Below, one piece after another: positions 18,997 through 28,975 of a stretch of DNA of 64,000 bases. Within the stretch, counting starts at the first letter, position 1. Each line of letters begins with the position of its first letter. A model generated the notes under the pieces. That model saw only the letters and a program-made list of their open reading frames with translations, had not been told where the DNA came from and did not search any database. The stretch is from an uncultured Mycoplasmatota bacterium (GTDB taxonomy: Bacteria; Bacillota_I; Bacilli_A; RF39; UBA660): assembly GCA_900542735.1 (NCBI GenBank), contig UQOS01000001.1:50865-114864 (forward strand), read 5' to 3'. Made by a program: the position numbers and the translations under genes.

Positions 18997-20179
18997 AAAA
19001 CTAAATTTACTCATAATTATCTTTTTATTATTAGGACCTATTTTAGATGTAACTAGTTTTTTAGGATTACCATATAGTATTTTAGTAAGAAGTATCTTTT
19101 TAATTGGTATTATTTTATATTTATTATGGTATAAGAAAAGTTTAAAGTTGTTAATTCCTTTATTAGCTTTTGGTCTAGTTAATTTACTATATCAGTACCT
19201 CTATTTAAAAAGTGGTATGGTTACTTCTATTTCAGCTTGTTTAAAATTTTTATATTTACCAGTATCTATCTTATTTTTTAATGCTTGCCAGGTAGATACT
19301 AATAAAGATAAATTATTATTAACGGTTTTAATTACTTATTTAAGTATTTATTTATTATCTTATGTATTTAAAATAGGAGCAGATGCTTACTTACCAACAG
19401 ATGGCAAAAGCGGCTTTAAAGGTTTATTTTCATCAATTAATGAATTTAGTGCAATTATTGTGGGACTATTACCCATATCTTTAACCTATCTAAAGAAGAA
19501 AGAAAAATGGTTACTTTTTACTTTCGTTTTACTAGCTAGTATTGGTAGCAGTTTATTAATTGGAACTAAAGTTTTAATGGGTGGTATATTGTTTACTGTT
19601 TTCTATTTACTATATCAAGAAAGAGATAAGTTATTTTTTAAAAAATCTAAAAAAGGTAAAATCATGATAATAGGTATTTTGATTATTTCTATCATATGTG
19701 GCTCTATTTTATTTACGAAAACTAGAACCTATCAAAATATGGTAATCCAAAATAGTTTCTTTAAAGTAGATAAAATTTTATCGTTAGACTTTGTGAATAA
19801 AGTAATATATAATGATCGTTTAAGTTTTTTAAGTGATAATTATCAGTATTTTAAAAGTCAAAATATAATAAAAATATTATTTGGAATTGGATTAACTGAT
19901 AATAAAGTAAAAATGGTAGAAATAGATATTTTTGATATTATTTTTCGCTATGGCGTGATAGGTTTTATTACTTTTATAATTCCTATTATCTCATCTATTA
20001 AGTGGAAAAACATAAGAAAAGTTGATAAAATATCATTGTTACTATTTTTGATAATTTCTCTAACATCTGGTCATGTATTAATTTATCCAGCTGTTAGTAT
20101 TTATATAGCGTTCATTCAAAAAGAAGAAATTGAAGTAGGTGATAAATTTGAAAACAGGAATCGTAATTATTCATTATAA
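18989..20179 (+). CDS. Polytopic membrane protein, O-antigen ligase/polymerase (Wzy/WaaL)-like
   Basis: 396 aa with 10-12 TM helices and a larger loop near the C-terminal third, as in Wzy_C proteins. Overlaps the upstream and downstream genes in operon fashion. Confidence 0.45.
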   Translation: MNKKLNLLIIIFLLLGPILDVTSFLGLPYSILVRSIFLIGIILYLLWYKKSLKLLIPLLAFGLVNLLYQYLYLKSGMVTSISACLKFLYLPVSILFFNACQVDTNKDKLLLTVLITYLSIYLLSYVFKIGADAYLPTDGKSGFKGLFSSINEFSAIIVGLLPISLTYLKKKEKWLLFTFVLLASIGSSLLIGTKVLMGGILFTVFYLLYQERDKLFFKKSKKGKIMIIGILIISIICGSILFTKTRTYQNMVIQNSFFKVDKILSLDFVNKVIYNDRLSFLSDNYQYFKSQNIIKILFGIGLTDNKVKMVEIDIFDIIFRYGVIGFITFIIPIISSIKWKNIRKVDKISLLLFLIISLTSGHVLIYPAVSIYIAFIQKEEIEVGDKFENRNRNYSL

Positions 20180-21029
20180 TGATCTTGAATCATTGAAACA
20201 TTTAGTAGAAAATGTAGAAAACTATCATGTAATATCTAAAATTGTGATTGTAGATAATAATTCAAGAAAAGATGTAAAAAAGAGTCTTAGACTAATAACT
20301 GGTAAAAAAATAAAGTTAATTGAAAATAAAAAGAATTTTGGTTTTGCTAAAGCTATTAATATTGGATGTAAATACTTGATAAAAGAACTAGGTCCATGTA
20401 ATTTAATTATTTCTAATAGTGATGTTATTATTGATAAAGAAGAAGATTTAAAAGCTCTAATAAAAGAATTAAATAAAAAATCAGTAGGAGTAGTAGCACC
20501 AACTATTGTAGAAAATAAGCATTTAAATCGTGGTTGGAAAAATCCTAGTCCTTTCTTAGATAGTATGTTAAATTTGATTTATGTGCATCGTTTCTTTAGA
20601 AAAAAATATGTGTTTTATAAAGAGGAACATTATGATAGTAGAACTAGTTTAGTAGATGTTGTGAGTGGTTGTTTCTTTATAATGAAATCCAGAACATTAG
20701 AAAGAATTGGTTATTTAGATGAACATACTTTTCTTTATTATGAAGAAAATATTCTAGCAAAAAAGATTCATAATGAGAAATTATATATTGAAGTATGTAA
20801 TGATATTCTAATTATTCATAATCATTCGGTATCTATTGATAAAAATGTAAAAAAGATAAATAAGTTGAAACTTCAAAAGGAAAGTCAGTATTATTTTCAA
20901 ACAACTTATAATCATGCAAATCTATGGGAAAAAATGTTACTAAAGACAACTGCTTTTTGTAGTAGAATGATTTTAGCAGTAGTATATTTTTTGAAAGATT
21001 TGATAGGAGTAAAGAAAAAAGATAAATAG
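20139..21029 (+). CDS. Family 2 glycosyltransferase (rhamnosyltransferase-like)
   Basis: GIVIIHYNDLESL...IVIVDNNS and downstream NSDVII are GT2 (GT-A) DxD-type motifs. The track start is GTG at 20139; a TTG at 20148 has a better RBS. Confidence 0.7.
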   Translation: MINLKTGIVIIHYNDLESLKHLVENVENYHVISKIVIVDNNSRKDVKKSLRLITGKKIKLIENKKNFGFAKAINIGCKYLIKELGPCNLIISNSDVIIDKEEDLKALIKELNKKSVGVVAPTIVENKHLNRGWKNPSPFLDSMLNLIYVHRFFRKKYVFYKEEHYDSRTSLVDVVSGCFFIMKSRTLERIGYLDEHTFLYYEENILAKKIHNEKLYIEVCNDILIIHNHSVSIDKNVKKINKLKLQKESQYYFQTTYNHANLWEKMLLKTTAFCSRMILAVVYFLKDLIGVKKKDK

Positions 21030-21227
21030 GAAAATGGGTTATGCCCTTGTGGCATATGAGAAAAATATAAAAAGATATTTTTTGATAACTATTGTAGATG
21101 GAAAAGAGGTTAGTCTTATTTTTAAACTAACCTCTATATTTTTTATAGTATTTATAGTATTTAAAAAATAGTACTTTACTTTTAATATTCTAATTCATAA
21201 ATATAGAATTAAATTGGCAACTAATCA

Positions 21228-21275
21228 TTTGACAATTACACTGAAAAATGATATAATTTCAGTGTAATTGTCAAA
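21228..21275 (+). promoter_or_regulatory. Consensus sigma-A promoter (TTGACA-17-TATAAT) embedded in a perfect 19-bp inverted repeat; putative AbiEi autoregulatory operator
   Basis: TTTGACAATTACACTGAAA-aatgatataa-TTTCAGTGTAATTGTCAAA. The -35 is at 21229-21234 and the -10 at 21252-21257. The ATG of the AbiEi-like gene is at 21294. Confidence 0.7.
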
Positions 21276-21293
21276 GAAAGAAAAGGGATTAAT

Positions 21294-22181
21294 ATGAAAA
21301 AAGAGGAGAAAATCAATTATAAAATTGAAAGTGATGTTCTTAAAAATTATGTAGAAGCTATTAATTCAATAAAGGAACCCATGAGACAAATTAAGGATCA
21401 ACTTCATCAACTAACAATGCCAATGCAAGAACTAGATAAATCATTTAATGAATCTATGAAGCCAATCATTGAAGCAAGTAAAGCCGCTTCTAGGCCATTT
21501 AAATCAATTCAAAAAGAACTAAAAAGCATTAATACTATGTCTAATGTAATTAAGGAACTATCGATTAAATATCCAAACAACCAGTCAAAAATATTTATAG
21601 ATACTATAAAGCAAATAATGAATACCAATAATGGAATGCTTTCTACAAGAATGATAGAACCACTAAATATAAGCAGACAATATCTCTCAATTATGGAAAA
21701 TAATAATGAAATTGAAAAAGTTTCAAGAGGTATATATCTTTCACCAAGTGCTTTTGAGGATAGTTATTTTTCCTTCCAACAAAAATATAAAAAGGCTATT
21801 TTCTCACATATGAATGCCCTATATTTTTACGGTATGACTGAGGAATTTCCATATAACTATACAGTAACTGTTCCACAAAACTATCATGTTGATACAGTAA
21901 ATGAAAAATGTAATGTATTTTATGTTTCAGATGATATATATGAAATAGGTGTCGTTGAAGTTGAAACTCCAAGTGGAAATAAAGTTAGAGCTTATGACAA
22001 AGAAAGATGTATTTGCGATATCATAAGATCAAAAGGTAGAATGGATCCTGAACAAGTAAAAAAATCTATTAAACAATATATTCAAAGTAAAGATAAAAAT
22101 GTAGCAAAGCTATATGATTATGCAAAGAGAATGGGAATAAGTGAAAAAGTAATGGAAATGGTAGGCATATATTATGAGTAA
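21294..22181 (+). CDS. abiEi: AbiEi-family antitoxin/transcriptional regulator (type IV TA/abortive infection), copy 1, with an N-terminal extension of about 90 aa
   Basis: The C-terminal 200 aa align convincingly with the 62150..62776 protein (for example EIGVVEVETPSGNKVRAYDKERCICDIIRSKGRMDPEQVKKSIKQY versus ELGLIQIDTPMGNKVKAYDMERCICDIIRSKNRMDSEHVKHSIREY). It lies upstream of, and overlaps, an AbiEii-type nucleotidyltransferase gene. Confidence 0.75.
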   Translation: MKKEEKINYKIESDVLKNYVEAINSIKEPMRQIKDQLHQLTMPMQELDKSFNESMKPIIEASKAASRPFKSIQKELKSINTMSNVIKELSIKYPNNQSKIFIDTIKQIMNTNNGMLSTRMIEPLNISRQYLSIMENNNEIEKVSRGIYLSPSAFEDSYFSFQQKYKKAIFSHMNALYFYGMTEEFPYNYTVTVPQNYHVDTVNEKCNVFYVSDDIYEIGVVEVETPSGNKVRAYDKERCICDIIRSKGRMDPEQVKKSIKQYIQSKDKNVAKLYDYAKRMGISEKVMEMVGIYYE

Positions 22182-23016
22182 TTCTATCCAAGCAGTAAAG
22201 GATAAACTTAGAAATATTTCTAGAGAAAAAAATATAGATTTTAACTCTGTTATGAGATTTTATATGTATGATAGGTTTGTTGAACGCCTATCGAAAAGTA
22301 AATATAAAGATAATTTTATATTAAAAGGTGGCTTTTATTTGAGTAAATTATTCGGATTAGATAATAGAAGCACTATGGATATTGATACTGCAATAAGAAA
22401 AACAAATCTATCTTTAGAAAATGTTATTAAAATGATAACAGAAATTATTAATATAGATGTAGATGATAACGTAAAATTTGAAATTGAAAAAACAGAATCA
22501 ATTCGTGATGAAGATGAGTATGGTGGATTAAGAATTACGATAAAATTTACGTTAGAAAATATGAAAGATAGTTTTCACATTGATATAGCTACTGGTGATC
22601 CAATACATCCAGGACCAGATGATTATAAATATGAATCACTAATAGGAAATGATATATATAAGGTATGGTCATATAATTTGGAAACTATATTAGCTGAAAA
22701 AATAGAAACTATACTTAGCAAGTTAGAAGCAAGCAGTAGAATGAAAGATTACTATGATATTTATTTAATCCATAGGTTTAAATTTAATAAAATAAATAAA
22801 ACTAAATTTAGAGGCGCAGTAGAGAAAACTTTTGAAAAAAGAGAATTTAATGCAGATCTAATTGCAAGTTTAAATGTAGTTAAAGATAGTAAGATATTAA
22901 GAGATAAATGGGTAAGCTATTCTAGGAAAAATAGTTATGCTAGAAATTTGGAATTTGATGAAACTATAAAATGTTTAGAAGACTTTATAGAAATATTAAT
23001 ACCGGTAGAAGTATAA
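22174..23016 (+). CDS. abiEii: AbiEii/AbiGii-family nucleotidyltransferase toxin, copy 1
   Basis: LRNISREKNIDFNSVMRFYMYDRFVERLSKSKYKDNFILKGGFYLSKLFGLDNRSTMDIDTA is the AbiEii N-terminal nucleotidyltransferase signature (GG...DxD). The start ATGAGTAA overlaps the upstream stop. Confidence 0.8.
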   Translation: MSNSIQAVKDKLRNISREKNIDFNSVMRFYMYDRFVERLSKSKYKDNFILKGGFYLSKLFGLDNRSTMDIDTAIRKTNLSLENVIKMITEIINIDVDDNVKFEIEKTESIRDEDEYGGLRITIKFTLENMKDSFHIDIATGDPIHPGPDDYKYESLIGNDIYKVWSYNLETILAEKIETILSKLEASSRMKDYYDIYLIHRFKFNKINKTKFRGAVEKTFEKREFNADLIASLNVVKDSKILRDKWVSYSRKNSYARNLEFDETIKCLEDFIEILIPVEV

Positions 23017-23304
23017 GAGGTTTGAATGAGTATATAAGAATAACATATTGTACAACAAAAATAATTTCATATTTATCAGATTAAACACAATCGATAAGAA
23101 TGGGGCTTTTATAAATTTTAAAATAGAACAAGTTGAAAAAAAGATATTTTTTTTAGCACTTGAGTTGTATTAGTTTTGGTCGACAAATACATTAAACTTT
23201 TGTGCTTTTTTTCTAAATTAAAATGTGATGCTTTTTAATTATTTGATAATTCAAGACTTTTCGTTAGAAATTTGGTACAATTATCGCATAAGGTAGTGAT
23301 TGGG

Positions 23305-24093
23305 ATGAAAATTCTAAATAAAAAGTATTTTGAATCAATGAAAAAATATAGAGATGATAATAATTTACAGAATGAATTAACTGATGATGATTGTATTTGC
23401 TATGCAAATATGTTTTCAGTTTATTTTGAAATTACAGATAAAAAATATTCGTTTGATGAAATGTTTCAAACTTATGATTTTATAACAGATGTAATCGATG
23501 GATTAAGGCCTGATATAATGATTGAATTAAATGATAAGTATAGGGATATTTATAGATTATTAAGAAGATATTCTATAACAAAAAATTTAGATAAAGAAAC
23601 AAGAAAAAAATTAGCATTTTTAATATATCAAGCTAAATGCATAATTATTATGGATGAAGAAACTATGGAACCTACTTGGAATATGGGATTATTTGAAAAA
23701 GGAACAAATAATTTTCTTGAAGAATATGAATATGAATTAAAAGAATATCCAGAAACATACGAAATAAAAGAAACATTGTCTGACATTACGAGTGATGATT
23801 TTGGATTAACTGCTAATAATCCAATTGAATTAATATCTGTAGGAGCACAATATCAGTATTTAAATATATTATTAACTGATGATGGAAAAGATATTTTGTA
23901 TGAAAGAGTGGGAACAGTTACACATAGCGATGGTGAAACTATAATTGATGTATATAATATTTATAGCAAAAAAAAATTAGGAAAGAAAAAAATTGCTACT
24001 TTATATATTTCTGGATATGGATATGAAAATACTGTAATTGCTCCAAAAGGCTTTAGATTTATGACAGATGAAGAATTTAAAAATAGACATTAA
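23305..24093 (+). CDS. Hypothetical cytoplasmic protein, acidic, no recognisable domain; downstream of AbiE pair 1
   Basis: ORF of 262 aa from ATG 23305. No TM segment and no known motif. Distinct, even lower-GC composition. Confidence 0.45.
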   Translation: MKILNKKYFESMKKYRDDNNLQNELTDDDCICYANMFSVYFEITDKKYSFDEMFQTYDFITDVIDGLRPDIMIELNDKYRDIYRLLRRYSITKNLDKETRKKLAFLIYQAKCIIIMDEETMEPTWNMGLFEKGTNNFLEEYEYELKEYPETYEIKETLSDITSDDFGLTANNPIELISVGAQYQYLNILLTDDGKDILYERVGTVTHSDGETIIDVYNIYSKKKLGKKKIATLYISGYGYENTVIAPKGFRFMTDEEFKNRH

Positions 24094-24328
24094 ATGCCAA
24101 TTAACTGCTTATTATATAGCTAAAATGAATGAGTGTGATATAGATAAACCTAAAAATCTTGCTAAAAAGTGTAACAGTTGAATAAAAAATAATATAAAAT
24201 CAGATAAAAATGTTAAAAAAGCGCCATATTTCTTGAGATATGTCGTTTTTTAGTTTATACTTAATTATAAGAGATAGTAATATCGCTAAGAATAGAAAAG
24301 GGTAAAAGACTAAGGAAAGAGGTACACA

Positions 24329-25210
24329 ATGAAAGGAATTATATTAGCAGGAGGTTCAGGAACTAGACTTTATCCAATAACAGAAGGAATTAGTAAACAG
24401 TTAATACCAATTTATGATAAACCGATGATTTATTATCCTTTATCAACATTGATGTTAGCAGGAATTAAAGATATTTTATTAATTACTACAGAGCAAGATC
24501 AAGCTGGATTTAAAAGATTATTTGGAACAGGAAAGCAATTTGGATTAAATATTGATTATGTGATTCAACCATCACCTGATGGACTAGCACAAGCTTTTAC
24601 TTTAGGAAAAGATTTTATTGGAAATGATACTTGTGCAATGATACTTGGAGATAATATTTTTTATGGTAATGATTTAGTTAAAAAATTAAGCACAGCTAGA
24701 AAAAATGCTGAGGACGGATATGCTACTATTTTTGGTTATCAAGTAAAAGATCCTGAAAGATTTGGAATTATGGAAATTGATGAGAATAAAAAAGTAATTT
24801 CTGTAGAAGAAAAACCGCAAAAGCCAAAAAGTGATTTTGCGATAACTGGATTATATTTTTATGATAATAGAGTTGTAGATAAAGCATTTAAGGTGGAAAA
24901 ATCTGCTCGAGGAGAGTATGAAATAACAGATTTAAATAGAATGTACTTAGAGGAAAACAAATTGAAAGCTGAACTTTTAGGTGGAGGATATGCTTGGTTT
25001 GATACAGGACTTACAGATAGTTTATTAGATGCAAGTAATACTATTAAAACTCTTCAAAACATAAGAGGCTCTATTATTAGTTGTCCAGAACAAATTGCTT
25101 ATAAAAATGGTTGGTTATCAGATAGCCAATTATTAGAGCGTGCTGAATTAATGAAGAAAAATGAATATGGAAAATATTTAATGAAAACATATGAAAAAGG
25201 TAGAAAATAG
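24329..25210 (+). CDS. rfbA: Glucose-1-phosphate thymidylyltransferase
   Basis: [18 protein letters not shown]...[17 protein letters not shown] is the canonical RmlA N-terminus. 293 aa. Confidence 0.9.
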   Translation: MKGIILAGGSGTRLYPITEGISKQLIPIYDKPMIYYPLSTLMLAGIKDILLITTEQDQAGFKRLFGTGKQFGLNIDYVIQPSPDGLAQAFTLGKDFIGNDTCAMILGDNIFYGNDLVKKLSTARKNAEDGYATIFGYQVKDPERFGIMEIDENKKVISVEEKPQKPKSDFAITGLYFYDNRVVDKAFKVEKSARGEYEITDLNRMYLEENKLKAELLGGGYAWFDTGLTDSLLDASNTIKTLQNIRGSIISCPEQIAYKNGWLSDSQLLERAELMKKNEYGKYLMKTYEKGRK

Positions 25211-25233
25211 TTTTATATACTAGGGATAATAAT

Positions 25234-26370
25234 ATGAAAAAAAGTGAACTATATACAATAATTATAACGAATTATAATAATAGTAAATATCTTAAAAATG
25301 CAATAAATTCAGTCCTAAATCAAAAATATAATAATATTGAATTAATAATTACTGATGATAATTCAACAGAGTTTAATCTAGAAAATATAAAAAAATATAT
25401 TGAAAAGAAAAAGAAAAAAAATATTAAAAGTGTAAAATATGTAATTAATGATAAAAATATTGGTACTATTAAAACTTTAAATAAAGCTATAAAATTATCA
25501 AGTGGTGAATATATACAATTTTTTGCTTCTGATGATGAATTGTATGATGAAAATGTAATAGAAAATTTTGTTTCTAGTTTTAAAAAAAGCAATAATAATA
25601 TAGTATCATCTCAATTTAGATTATGTGATAATAATATGAAATTTATCAATAATTTTAATAATTCCAGAAAATGTTTAAGGTTAAATAAAAATTTAAAAAA
25701 GCAATATTATGAAGTATGTAAAAATAATATTTATGGTTCAGGTGCTACAAGTTATAGAAGAATAATATTTGAAAAATATGGTTTAATTGATACGAAATAT
25801 CTTTTATTAGAGGATTGGCCATTGTGGCTACAGTTATTAAATAAAGGCGAGAAAATATTCTATGAAAATTTTAATGGCTTGAATCATAGAGATGGTGGAA
25901 TTAGCAAAACTAAAGAAATGAGTAAGATAACCAAAGTGTTTAATGAAGAAATAATCAATACATTTATTTACGAAATATTACCTAATATAATAAATTTTAA
26001 TGTTTATGAGCAGTTTAAAATTTTAAAATCTTTTAATTACCACATCGATAATTATGTACCAGAAAATGAAAGAGTTAATTATATAAATAAATTAAACAGA
26101 ATAATTAATAGCAATATGAAATTAAAATTGCTTTGGGGGATTGATCATTACTTTCCTAATATAATTGAAAAGATAATAATTCTATTTAAATATAATATAA
26201 TCGTTCCCATATCCTTTTTAGTTGCATATATTTTTATCTTTATACTAATTAATATTATTGATATTAATAAAGATTTATTATTGATCATATTCCTAGGAAT
26301 TTACTTTTTTCTTTATGTAACTATGAATATAATTAGTAATTTCATTAAAATAAAAAAAGGCGGGGTTTAG
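25234..26370 (+). CDS. Family 2 glycosyltransferase with a C-terminal membrane-anchor region (paralog of the next gene)
   Basis: TIIITNYNNSKYLKNAINSVLNQKYNNIELIITDDNS is a GT2 motif. Shared HRDGGIS motif and hydrophobic C-terminus. Confidence 0.7.
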   Translation: MKKSELYTIIITNYNNSKYLKNAINSVLNQKYNNIELIITDDNSTEFNLENIKKYIEKKKKKNIKSVKYVINDKNIGTIKTLNKAIKLSSGEYIQFFASDDELYDENVIENFVSSFKKSNNNIVSSQFRLCDNNMKFINNFNNSRKCLRLNKNLKKQYYEVCKNNIYGSGATSYRRIIFEKYGLIDTKYLLLEDWPLWLQLLNKGEKIFYENFNGLNHRDGGISKTKEMSKITKVFNEEIINTFIYEILPNIINFNVYEQFKILKSFNYHIDNYVPENERVNYINKLNRIINSNMKLKLLWGIDHYFPNIIEKIIILFKYNIIVPISFLVAYIFIFILINIIDINKDLLLIIFLGIYFFLYVTMNIISNFIKIKKGGV

Positions 26371-27711
26371 ATGGAAAAATTCTCATTAATTATTACTCAT
26401 TATAATCAAATGAAATATATAAAAGAGGCAATATTATCAGTTCTTAATCAAAATTACAAAAATATTGAAATAATTGTTTCAGATGATCATTCTAAAGAGT
26501 TCGATAAAGATAAAATTGAAGAAATATTTAAAAAATATAATAAAAAAAAGTTTGAATATAAAATATATCAAGGTAAAGCTAATTATGGGACGGTAAAGAG
26601 TTTAAACAATGCGTTATCGCTTGCTACTGGTGAATATATTCTGTTTTTTGCTGCAGATGATAAATTAGCTAATGAATCTGTTATTAGCAATTTCGTTAAT
26701 GAGTTTAAAGATAAAAATAAGAATATTGTTACTTCACAATGTGGATTATATGATCATGATCTAAAGGTAAAATATGGTTGTTATGTTAATGCAAAAAATG
26801 CATTAGATTTAAATAAAAAAAATAGTATGGCCGTTTATGAAAAAACATGTGAAGGTTGTTTTTATGGAGCTGGTGGAACAGCATACAGAAAAAATATTTT
26901 TGAAAAATATGGAAAATTCAATGAAAAATATAAATATGTAGAAGATTGGTCATATTGGTTGTATGTAACAAGAAGTGGAGAAATGATATATTATGCAGAT
27001 TTTGATTCACTATGTCACAGAGATGGTGGTATAAGTCACAGTGTTTTTGCTCCTGAAACTGTGCCACCACACATAAAACAATATTATAGAGATATTTTAA
27101 ATATATATATTGATCAGATTTTGCCATATGTAAATAATTTTACAACAAAAGAAAAGTATAGAATTATGAGACAATTTAATGAAACAATTTTATATTATTC
27201 ATATTTTGTTCCGGAATTAAGTTCCTATTTAAAAGACTTTGATAACGCAAGAATAAATGATAAAAAGCTTAAATATTATTGGAAAATACAGACATTAAAA
27301 AAGATATTAAAAAAATCTTTTAATTTAAATTTACTTAATAAACTTAGAGTGTTATTTATCTATAACAAGCCAGTAATAGTATCAATGTGTTATTGGTTAT
27401 CAATTTGTTACTTTTATATTAATAAAATTGAAAATTTAAACAATAATTTGTTATTATTAATATATACTTGTTTATATGTATTAATATATGTTTTAGCTTA
27501 TTTTATTGACAAAGTATCATACAGGTTAAAAACAAAGCATTTATATAAAATACTGGTATGGATTTTATTAAATATAGTGTCAATAAATGCTTTTAAGATA
27601 AGTAATGATAATGTATTTCTACTATTAATTTTAAACTATTTCATTACACATATATTTTTATATTTATTATCTGGAGTCTTAAAATTTATTAGACTTTATA
27701 GAAGAAGATAG
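26371..27711 (+). CDS. Family 2 glycosyltransferase with a C-terminal polytopic membrane region (paralog of the previous gene)
   Basis: SLIITHYNQMKYIKEAILSVLNQNYKNIEIIVSDDHS, CHRDGGISH, and a C-terminal hydrophobic domain of about 120 aa. Confidence 0.7.
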   Translation: MEKFSLIITHYNQMKYIKEAILSVLNQNYKNIEIIVSDDHSKEFDKDKIEEIFKKYNKKKFEYKIYQGKANYGTVKSLNNALSLATGEYILFFAADDKLANESVISNFVNEFKDKNKNIVTSQCGLYDHDLKVKYGCYVNAKNALDLNKKNSMAVYEKTCEGCFYGAGGTAYRKNIFEKYGKFNEKYKYVEDWSYWLYVTRSGEMIYYADFDSLCHRDGGISHSVFAPETVPPHIKQYYRDILNIYIDQILPYVNNFTTKEKYRIMRQFNETILYYSYFVPELSSYLKDFDNARINDKKLKYYWKIQTLKKILKKSFNLNLLNKLRVLFIYNKPVIVSMCYWLSICYFYINKIENLNNNLLLLIYTCLYVLIYVLAYFIDKVSYRLKTKHLYKILVWILLNIVSINAFKISNDNVFLLLILNYFITHIFLYLLSGVLKFIRLYRRR

Positions 27712-27793
27712 CATATTGTCGATAGAAAACTGCTAAATAATTGCATTTTTCTATCAAATAATGTAGAATATTATGTTATATAGGGAGGTTTTT

Positions 27794-28534
27794 ATGGAAG
27801 AAAATAAAACATTTATTCACCCAACTGCGTTAGTTTATCCAAATGTTGAATTTGGAGATAATGTATATGTTGGGCCATATTGTATTGTTGGGGAGCCAAC
27901 ATTTGGCTATTATAAAAATGCAGAAAATCATGAGTTTAAAAAAACAATAATTGGATCAAATGCAATTTTAAGAGCAAACACAATAATTTATGAGGGTTGT
28001 CAAATTGGAGAAAATTTTCAAACAGGACATCATGTTACAATAAGAGAAGATAGTATTATTGGAAAGAATTGTTCCGTTGGTACATTAGGAGATATACAGG
28101 GAAAAGTAAAAATAGGAGACTTTGTCCGTTTACATTCAAATGTACATATTGGTCAATTTACGGAAATAGGCAATTATGTATGGATGTTTCCATATTCTAT
28201 AACTACAAATGATTTATATCCTCCAATGGATAGATTAACTGGCTGTAAAATAGGCGATTATTCATTAATAACAACAGGTGCTATTCTTTTGCCAGGTGTT
28301 GTTATTGGCGAAAATTGTATGGTTGCAGCAGGGGCTGTTGTAAGTAAAAATGTTGAAGATGGAAAAGTTGTAATGGGTGTTCCAGCTAGGGAAAGAGGAT
28401 ACATAGAAGATATTTTAGATGAAAATGGAAATCATATTTACCCTTGGCCTCAATACCTTGAAGAAGATAGAGGTTATCCTTGGCAAAATGACAAACAAAA
28501 AACAAAAGTAATGGGAAGTTATAAAGAAAAATAG
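27794..28534 (+). CDS. Left-handed beta-helix (hexapeptide) sugar N-acyltransferase, FdtC/QdtC-like
   Basis: Repetitive hexapeptide pattern ([LIV]-G-x-x-x-x-I), for example VGPYCIVGEPTFG..IGSNAILRANTIIYEGCQIGENFQTGHHVTIRE. Located with fdtA/fdtB-like genes. RBS AGGGAGG upstream of the ATG at 27794. Confidence 0.6.
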   Translation: MEENKTFIHPTALVYPNVEFGDNVYVGPYCIVGEPTFGYYKNAENHEFKKTIIGSNAILRANTIIYEGCQIGENFQTGHHVTIREDSIIGKNCSVGTLGDIQGKVKIGDFVRLHSNVHIGQFTEIGNYVWMFPYSITTNDLYPPMDRLTGCKIGDYSLITTGAILLPGVVIGENCMVAAGAVVSKNVEDGKVVMGVPARERGYIEDILDENGNHIYPWPQYLEEDRGYPWQNDKQKTKVMGSYKEK

Positions 28535-28543
28535 GTGATAGAA

Positions 28544-28975
28544 ATGTATAATAGTGGCTTGTTTAAATTTAGAAAAATTAGTTCACCAACTAATCCTAAT
28601 TTAGGAAATTTAACTCCAATTGAAATACCAGGTGATATTCCTTTTGAAGTAAAAAGAATGTATTATATTTATGGTGTTGGACAATCTGAAGTAAGGGGAA
28701 ATCATTCTCATAAAAAATTACATCAAGTATTAATTTGCCTAAATGGCAGTATAGATGTAAGATTAGAAAATTTTTTTGGAGAAGAAAAATATACATTAAA
28801 TGATCCATCTGTTGGATTATATGTTGGACCAGATAACTGGAGAGAAATGTCAAATTTCAGTGATAATAGTGTATTACTAGTCTTAGCATCAGCACCATAT
28901 GATGAAAACGATTACATAAGGGACTATGATGAATTCGTTTCATTTAATCAAAAAAAATATGGGGGTAAAAAATAA
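28544..28975 (+). CDS. dTDP-4-dehydro-6-deoxyglucose 3,4-ketoisomerase (FdtA/WxcM C-terminal domain-like cupin)
   Basis: About 140-aa cupin with [19 protein letters not shown], matching the RG.HAHKK.EQ FdtA motif. Sits between an acyltransferase and a DegT aminotransferase. Confidence 0.7.
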   Translation: MYNSGLFKFRKISSPTNPNLGNLTPIEIPGDIPFEVKRMYYIYGVGQSEVRGNHSHKKLHQVLICLNGSIDVRLENFFGEEKYTLNDPSVGLYVGPDNWREMSNFSDNSVLLVLASAPYDENDYIRDYDEFVSFNQKKYGGKK

